Positions 56,162 to 64,000 of a stretch of DNA of 64,000 nucleotides are shown piece after piece. Numbering within the stretch: the stretch's first letter is position 1; each line of letters starts with the position of its first letter. The notes below the pieces were generated by a model that saw only the letters and a list, made by a program, of their open reading frames with translations, searched no databases and was not told the DNA's origin. The position numbers were made by a program, and so were the translations under genes. Source of the stretch: Octopus vulgaris (lineage: Eukaryota). The stretch covers positions 210,242,001-210,306,000 of the forward strand of contig OX597815.1 of assembly GCA_951406725.2 (NCBI GenBank), read 5' to 3'.

Positions 56162-57293
56162 TTCTGTAGTAAAGAATGGTTCTTAAGCAAGAAGAATTTT
56201 CCGTCGGTAATTGTGAAACATAGTCTTGGCACAGTCTTAGATGTTATGTAAAATCCCTATGGTAACGAATGAATCGTTCACGATTGTAGATCTATTAGGA
56301 ACTAGAGAAAACTTAGGGATAAATAATAACAACAACAGCAACAGCAAAAACCACTACTACTACTACTACAACACAACGCTGAAAGAACCACAATCAGCCG
56401 TGCATGATAACTCCGATAATCTGGTGATGATATTTGGGAAGGTGTGTTAAAAATTTATTCGTTGATTAGGTGCATGTAATACATTTATTACAAGAGTCGT
56501 TATTAAAGCAACTTTACCAAACACTTCCACTAGAAAAGTTCGAACCGCTATGATTACGGAAATCAATTACAAAAAAGCGAGCCACGTAAATGAAATATCG
56601 GGTAGCCATCAAAAACAAAACAAATTCTGGCAAAAATTAATTATCGTCATGTTTGATATTATTTTATTTCATTTGTCGTTTTTATTTAGATTACTAAAGC
56701 TCTGTGACTTTCAATTCAATAAATTCTAATTTCCTGTTTGCTTCTAAATTTCGTTTTGTTTCTAAATATACGCTTTGACAAAGTATTCCCGAATTATCGT
56801 TGGGCATCCTATTGAATTAAATGTATTTAGATAACATTTCTAAAATTTAAAACTAATTAAAGATCAAACATGAAGTCCTCCTATTAGCACTTGTCGAAAC
56901 AGAAAGGAGTGTATATTCATATTAAAATTTTAATTTGGTGTTTACATGAGAAGAAAAATCGGTGGAAAAAAACCCAATAAATTATTTAACAGATTATTAC
57001 TAATAATATATAGTAATTATTAGAAAAACGCACATATATTTATTATAAGTGTCCATTTCTAACACTCACATATGTGTGTGTATATGTATAAGTGAGTGCT
57101 TGCATGTATGTATATATGTGTGAGTGTGAAAGTGTGTAGATAAGTGTGTGTATATGCGTGCATAAGATTATTGAAAAGTAGTTAGAGAAGAATCTAATTC
57201 ATATACTTATATATATATATATGTGTGTGTGTGTGTGCATATGTGTATATGTTTGTGTTCGTGTGTGTGCGTGTTTGTAGTGGATGACTAAAT

Positions 57294-57358
57294 ACAGCTT
57301 GTCTAAGAAGATTTTGGCGACAAATATTTTGTCGCCAAAATCTTCTTAGACAAGCTGT
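57294..57358. repeat. Perfect 31-bp inverted repeat with 3-nt loop
   Basis: acagcttgtctaagaagattttggcgacaaa tat tttgtcgccaaaatcttcttagacaagctgt. Confidence 0.95.
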
Positions 57359-57469
57359 GTCGACGGAGACGGTCAATATCACAGCATATATAAAGCATTT
57401 GTGTTGTCGAGTATATTATGATAAAGTACAGGTTGTATATGTATGTATTTATGTATGTGTGTATGTATG

Positions 57470-57678
57470 TGTGTGTATCTGTTTGTGTGTGCGTGTCTCC
57501 CCCAAACCGCGTGACAAACGTGCTGGTGTGTTTACGTCCTCGTAACTTAGCGGTTCGGCAAAAGAGACTGATAGAATAAGTACTAGGCTTACCAAGAAAA
57601 AGTCCTGTGGTCCATTTGCTCGACCAAAGGCGGTGCTCCAACATGGCCACACTCAAAATGATTGAAACAAGTAAAAGA

Positions 57679-57680
<2 letters not shown>
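57470..57680 (+). mobile_element. Diverged SINE family B 3' half
   Basis: gctggtgtgtttacgtcc...gaaacaagtaaaagagt. Confidence 0.8.
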
Positions 57681-57709
<29 letters not shown>

Positions 57710-57712
<3 letters not shown>

Positions 57713-59277
57713 CCTTTTTCGTCTTTTTTCCCTCACTTAACTTGTCTCTTCCTCTCTCTCTCCCCCTCACTGTTCTTCATGGTCTCCTCGCACCATTCCC
57801 CTTCTTCTCTCTCTTCCTCTTGCTCCTCCTCCCCCATTCCCGTCGTCCATCTGCGACGTACTTCCGTCGTAACTGCTATCCCGTCCTTTCTCGCCTGCCT
57901 TCTAAGGCCACTGGTCGACATCTTCCTCTCTCGTCGTCCACTATAATCCAGCGTTTGCAATACTTTTTTCGTCTGGCGTTAACTGCCCTTCTTATCTTGT
58001 TCTCCTTGTCCTGTCTCTCACTGTTATATATTTATTTTTCCACTGTTTATATATATATATTTTACTGTTTATATGTTTGTACTGTCGTTACCGTCTTGCT
58101 TTTTTTACCCCTCTGCGAAAAGATCTCAGAATTTTAATTGATTTGCTTTTCGCAGGAAGGAATTTTTCATTCGAAGTATACGTCTCGCTTTTATCCTTCG
58201 AAACGTTTAGTAGATGAAACTTTAGCGACTGAAGAAGGGGATTTTTCGTTGTGCTTATTGTCCTGTATCTCCTTTTTTTTTTGCCTGTCTTGTTCCTTGG
58301 TTTGTGTCTATGTTTTTCGTCTCTCTATGTGTTCGACGTCTTTTTGGTGTCCTGTACACATATATGCGTGTATATGTACATGTAGAGGTAGGTACGTACA
58401 TATATGTTTATATATATGCATATATTTTATTAACATATTATACGACTAAACGCACGCACCCTATTAAGTAAGATTGTTCTGTTTATCAAGTTCGCCTTGA
58501 TATTAACTCTCACGCGACTCTGCATCTTTCTTTCTTTCTCTCCCATTCCCTTTTTCGTCTTTTTTTCCCTCACTTAACTTGTCTCTTCCTCTCTCTCTCC
58601 CCCTCACTGTTCTTCATGGTCTCCTCGCACCATTCCCCTTCTTCTCTCTCTTCCTCTTGCTCCTCCTCCCCCATTCCCGTCGTCCATCTGCGACGTACTT
58701 CCGTCGTAACTGCTATCCCGTCCTTTCTCGCCTGCCTTCTAAGGCCACTGGTCGACATCTTCCTCTCTCGTCGTCCACTATAATCCAGCGTTTGCAATAC
58801 TTTTTTCGTCTGGCGTTAACAGCCCTTCTTATCTTGTTCTCCTTGTCCTGTCTCTCACTGTTATATATTTATTTTTCCACTGTTTATATATATATATTTT
58901 ACTGTTTATATGTTTGTACTGTCGTTACCGTCTTGCTTTTTTTACCCCTCTGCGACAAGATCTCAGAATTTTAATTGATTTGCTTTTCGCAGGAAGGAAT
59001 TTTTCATTCGAAGTATACGTCTCGCTTTTATCCTTCGAAACGTTTAGTAGATGAAACTTTAGCGACTGAAGAAGGGGATTTTTCGTTGTGCTTATTGTCC
59101 TGTATCTCCTTTTTTTTTTTTTGCCTGTCTTGTTCCTTGGTTTGTGTCTATGTTTTTCGTCTCTCTATGTGTTCGACGTCTTTTTGGTGTCCTGTACACA
59201 TATATGCGTGTATATGTACATGTAGAGGTAGGTACGTACATATATGTTTATATATATGCATATATTTTATTAACATA
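57710..59277. repeat. Tandem ~837-bp pyrimidine-rich unit (about 1.9 copies) between (TA)n tracts, possibly PLE pLTR/retrozyme
   Basis: 57710-58545 is repeated from 58546 with very few differences; each copy has GAAA...CTGAAGA boxes. Confidence 0.9.
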
Positions 59278-59296
59278 TATATATATATATATATAG

Positions 59297-59618
59297 GTGA
59301 GGGCGCGTGGCTTAGTGGTTAGGGCATTCGGCTCATGATCGTAAGGTTGTGAGTTCGATTCCCGGCGACGCGTTGTGTCCTTGAGCAAAACACTTTATTT
59401 CACGTCGCTCCAGTCCACTCAGCTGACAAAAATGAGTTGTAGTTGTATTTCAAAGGGTCAGCCTTGTCACTCTCTGTGTCACGCTGATTATCCCCGAGAA
59501 CTACGTTAAGGGTACACGTGTCTGTGGAATGCTCAGCCATTTGCACGTTAATTTCACGAGCAAGCTGTTCCGTTGATCGTATCAGCTGGGGCCCTCGTCG
59601 TCGTAACCGGCGGAGTCT
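59297..59618 (+). mobile_element. tRNA-derived SINE sharing the family C 3' body but with a different head
   Basis: tggcttagtgg A-box, gagttcgattcc B-box, tail gagaactacgttaagggtacacgtg... Confidence 0.85.
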
Positions 59619-60573
59619 TTAAAATATATATATATATATATATTTGTATATATATAAAATGTCGACTGGGATGCCAGCACCAACATCTTTGTCTTCTGAC
59701 TACTATGGAAATTGTTTGTAGTGAAATATGATTAAAAACAGCACAGATATCTTCTATGTATGTGTGTGTGTGTGCGCGTGTGAATGTTTGTGTGTGTGTG
59801 TGTGTGTGCATGTGTGTGTATATGTGTGTGTGTATAAAGTCATCGCTATATCCATGCGTTTTTTTATCTCTATTCGTCACAATCGCATACATACAGAGAT
59901 ACATGATCTGCTTCATGCGTATGTATGTATGCGTGCGTATGTTTGTGTATGCGTGTGTGTTCTTATGTGTGCGTGTTTGTATGAGTGTGTATGTTGGTGT
60001 GTGTCTGAATGTGTGTAATATTACCTGTACCATTGCACAATTGCACAGTTTTCTTTTATACAAATTACATCACATGCGTATTTACATGAGTGTATGTAAT
60101 TGAATAATGTTTGTAGAATTCACGGCTATTTCTTCGCTCGAGAGGTGAAATTCTCTACATACATTAGTTTAAAACTTAATTTTCATTTATTCATTGGTTT
60201 TATTAATTTCAGAGAGAATGTTATACTACATTGAGTAAATATATCTATGAGTACAGAACATAATCTACAGAGTTTCCTCCACTGAAAAGATTCATTTTCT
60301 TGCAGAACAGCATCCGACCAATAACTGCGATAAAGATTTGAAAATGCAAGCGATTTCTGACAAGAATATATCTAGAAAATGTTCGTAAAACTCTATCGAG
60401 AATAATTATATTCTCTGATTTTATAAATGTTACGGGAAATAATTTCATTCAAGATAGCATTTGACGAAGAGAAACTAGATGCATTTTCGCCTAAAGATCT
60501 ATGAATTTCGATTTACTCCCTTTCTCTCCCTCTCTCTCTTTCTATCTCTTTCTATCTCTCCCGTTATATATAA

Positions 60574-60630
<57 letters not shown>

Positions 60631-60633
<3 letters not shown>

Positions 60634-60942
60634 ATAAAAACAGTAGGATAACAAAAGAAAGAAAGAGACCTCGATATTATGTAAATAGAGGAATTTATCT
60701 GTAAATGTAATATGTGACGATTATTCTGTAGCCATGAGTTTTGTATGCCGAGGTGGAAATCCACGCCGCCATCTATTCAGTTATCCAGCCATCAGAAAAA
60801 CGCTATGAACGGTCATTTTTTATAGCGTTCTTCCGATGGCCGGATAACTGAAGGGATGGCGGCGTGGATTTCCACATCGGCATCCGAAATTCGGAGTGTT
60901 ATCATGGAAACCGAATAATTGTCACATATTGCATGTACAGGT
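60631..60942. mobile_element. Palindromic HHR-bearing repeat, copy 2, with degenerate cores
   Basis: Same leader (ttgataaaaa...gagacctcgatattatgtaaatagag) and inverted arms as 50516-50806; core CTGAAGG and GUG site. Confidence 0.85.
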
Positions 60943-61278
60943 ATATATATATATATATATAATGGACGTACACGGAATTTGTCAGTGTAGAATCAGTCCA
61001 TATAAGCGAGATATTTAGTCACTGATTAATACTCAGCAATCAACTACTAGATACATATTACAATCTTCAGATATATATTCCCGTATTTCATGAAAAAAAC
61101 ATGCAAAACTTTAAAATATATTTACCTTCATTCATCCACATCAATTCACAATTCAAAGTACTGAAATATTATCCAAAATAGAGTGAAAGAAAAAGTTATG
61201 CTTTTGTTCACAATTCAACATGCTTCAAACCTGCCGTTGAGACGACGGCGGCAAATTATATATATATATATATATATA

Positions 61279-61668
61279 AGAGGGGAGAGAGCAGTTAAAA
61301 AAATTATATCCCATGCGAATTGAATGATCGATGCTTAAATAAGAACCCGACAGTTTACCTTGATACAAAATGATTGTAGAAAGCGGGCGTATGAATAAAG
61401 TTTATTTTAAAATTACGGTGGTTAGTACAGAACCAGTTTCGTGTTTCATGCGCAAACTAAATAAATTAATTTTTAAAATTAATTTAATTTAAATTTGATA
61501 CATATTACAAACTAGTTCTGTATTAACCACCGTAATTTTAAAATAAACTTTATTCATACGCCCGCTTTCTACAACTATTTCGTATCAATATAAATTGTCG
61601 ATATTTTATTTAAACATTGATCATTCAACATGCATGGAAAATAAGGTTTTAACTGATCTCCTCCTTCT
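61279..61668. mobile_element. ~390-bp fold-back (MITE-like) element
   Basis: Arms inverted across the whole length, centre near 61472; near-perfect core ttgtagaaagcgggcgtatgaataaagtttattttaaaattacggtggtta; flanked by TA/GA microsatellites. Confidence 0.85.
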
Positions 61669-61681
61669 ATGTATCTGTCCC

Positions 61682-61737
<56 letters not shown>

Positions 61738-64000
61738 GGGAGTGTGAGATAGAGAGATAGATATATAGATGTTTACAGACATACACACGCCCACACATAA
61801 TATTTGTGTAATAATATTCGCGATGTGGTTGGGGTGATCTTTTGTTTGTCATAAGGTCATCGGTGGAATTCTTTGCCTGGGTGGTCTTTCATTTCGGATT
61901 GTTCCAACTCCATTAGAGTAACTCTAGTATTGAATATTATGTTGCAGTTTCTCTCCACAGTTTGAAAATTTCCCGCAGTATAATGTTACATTTTATTGTA
62001 GCTGTGTATAGAATCATTGTCTCAAAGAAGCACCAGGTGTCGAGTTTTCAATGAATTGGAAACATACGCCAGTAACTTTGAGCTGCAGAGATAAAATATC
62101 TTAAAACTATTCCTAGTATTATGTTTATACCTGCAACTTTGTTTCTGCTAAGTGTCGTGACAATAATTAAACATTAGCGAGACATTAATGATAGTTTGTG
62201 TAATAACTAAGGTGATGTATTTTTCTGCTTACTTTTATGACAGACAACTTTAGGAAAAAATGGCTTTTGCAAGGAGTTGCCGTAATTTAAACAAGATATT
62301 GTGCTGACAATTACATTGTAATGATACGGTGAAATTTAAACAGAACTAATTGTATTGTTTGTACTTTTATATTGTAAACGATGGTGTTTGTCTTGGCATA
62401 ACAAAAGGAAGTAACTTGTATATGTCTCTATGTAGTTGTTTGCTTTATATGAACATGTACGCTCCATTTCCTTCAAATGTAGTGTAACCGTTTCTATTGT
62501 TTAGTTTGTGCAAACTTTACACTTTATAATTAAGATAAGTGAAAATAGTTTGCAAATTTATGGGACAAAGGTTATTTAAAACACAAGCGTGGAATCAGTA
62601 TGTATAGAATCGGTGTTTATTCAAAATGTATTTGTATAAAGTTTGGAAGACTAATTGTTAGTTAAATTTTAACTACAATTATGAAGACAATAATGTAAAT
62701 TATGGTGAATTATGGTGGGCATCAATTTTGTTTTCTAGAAGTTGTTTGTTTCAAGAATTAGGTTAACGTTTTAATGATTTGGAAGGGGTGTACTATAGAA
62801 TTAAATATGCTGTCTCCTGGGGTATATTATGACATTCAAGCACTCAAATTGTTTTTACGTTTTATATCCATAATAAAAATAAGAATTTTTTCCGACTTGC
62901 TTTTTCTTTGTTAATTCTTTGCTTGTTGAATTACATATGTTCTGCATGGATTGTATGAGTTTTATTCTGGCTCGATGCTTTAACTTTCGTTATTATAGCA
63001 TTGCAAGTGATATGTAATATTATCGTCTTTGTTTCTTGTTTACATACGTGTGTGTGCAAGGAAGTGCATTTACTTTTGTCAATATTTAGGAATGCATATG
63101 CATGCTGATCATAAGATATTTTCAAAATATTAGTTTTGTTGCCTCTATATCTGTTCCCTAATGTTCGATATTATTGTTCATTAGTTATAATGTCTTTAGG
63201 ATACACAGTTTTACATTAAAAGCCGATTCTACTCTTCGTGAAATTACAATTTTTAAACACAGCAATGGGAAACTTCGTAGCATTTATTTGAAATAGATGA
63301 GGCGTGCTAGCAAAGTTTGATATGATGAAACATGACAATCTGTTAACTTTTTTGGTTAAGTTTTAGTGATATTTTTGAATTAGAAAACACTTTCGTATTA
63401 ATTTAAAAACTATATTAGCTAAAGAAGATTATTTTCTTCGATTTTAAAAATGTAATTAAAAGGTTGTTACGTTTTCTGTTATTTTGTGTGAAGATCATGC
63501 TTCCCCTTCAATATGCTTTATTCTTTGAATATACAGCTTCTTTAAAGGTTTCACATAAACTGACCATTGAGACAGTATAATAGATGGATTTGTAACAATA
63601 TATGTTAATATTTCGCGATGATTCTTAATTATATGCTTAAGTGTTTTATTTTGTTTATGATAAAGATGAAATAGTTACTGTTTAAATCCAAGGTAGCATA
63701 CAAACATTTGTTTGCTGTGGTATCCTGATTGGTTGTTGCATTAAAGAAACATATTTTGTAAAAAAAAAATCATGGTTGTTTTTCTTTTGCTCCAGCTATT
63801 AAAGACAGATGTTTAACATTAGGAGGTCGTCCTCTTGACAAATGCTAGCCTCAGTTATTTGGATGTTGTAGCCTAGCTTTTGCGTAAGACACAAACATTC
63901 CGAAATCTGTTATCTCAAATTAATAATGTGCTTTTCTAATAATTGAAATGAAATTCCCGAAGGCTTCTTTAAAATTCAAAACTTCATTTTAAACTTTCTC

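Noticed and set aside
57607-59322. Duplicated 100-176 aa hydrophobic ORFs
   Set aside because: Low-complexity pyrimidine-rich repeat read-through with no recognisable family

Overview
AT-rich, microsatellite-dense, gene-poor eukaryotic DNA. The repeat repertoire suggests an octopus or other coleoid cephalopod genome (inference, not verified). No intact host gene is evident; there are only a few candidate minus-strand exons. The window is mostly mobile DNA: four Dong/R4 LINE pieces stacked in a (TAA)n array, a TTAA-flanked piggyBac, mariner and two maT/DD37D-like relics, CR1 and RTE 3' ends, Penelope-like (PLE) GIY-YIG fragments, three tRNA-derived SINE families (called A, B, C here), a 48-bp minisatellite, tandem duplications and fold-backs. 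The main hidden signal is RNA-level: about ten hammerhead-ribozyme (HHR) motifs, intact to degenerate, in several unrelated PLE/retrozyme-like repeats. These include a U3-A8 core-covariant HHR in a ~362-bp tandem/inverted unit, two different HHRs lying downstream of the same tRNA-like Pol III head, palindromic double-HHR cassettes and a possible type II HHR. The piggyBac promoter also carries four exact TGATGCAAT (ATF4/C-EBP-type) sites before a TATA box. All folds were read by eye; no database search or folding program was run.
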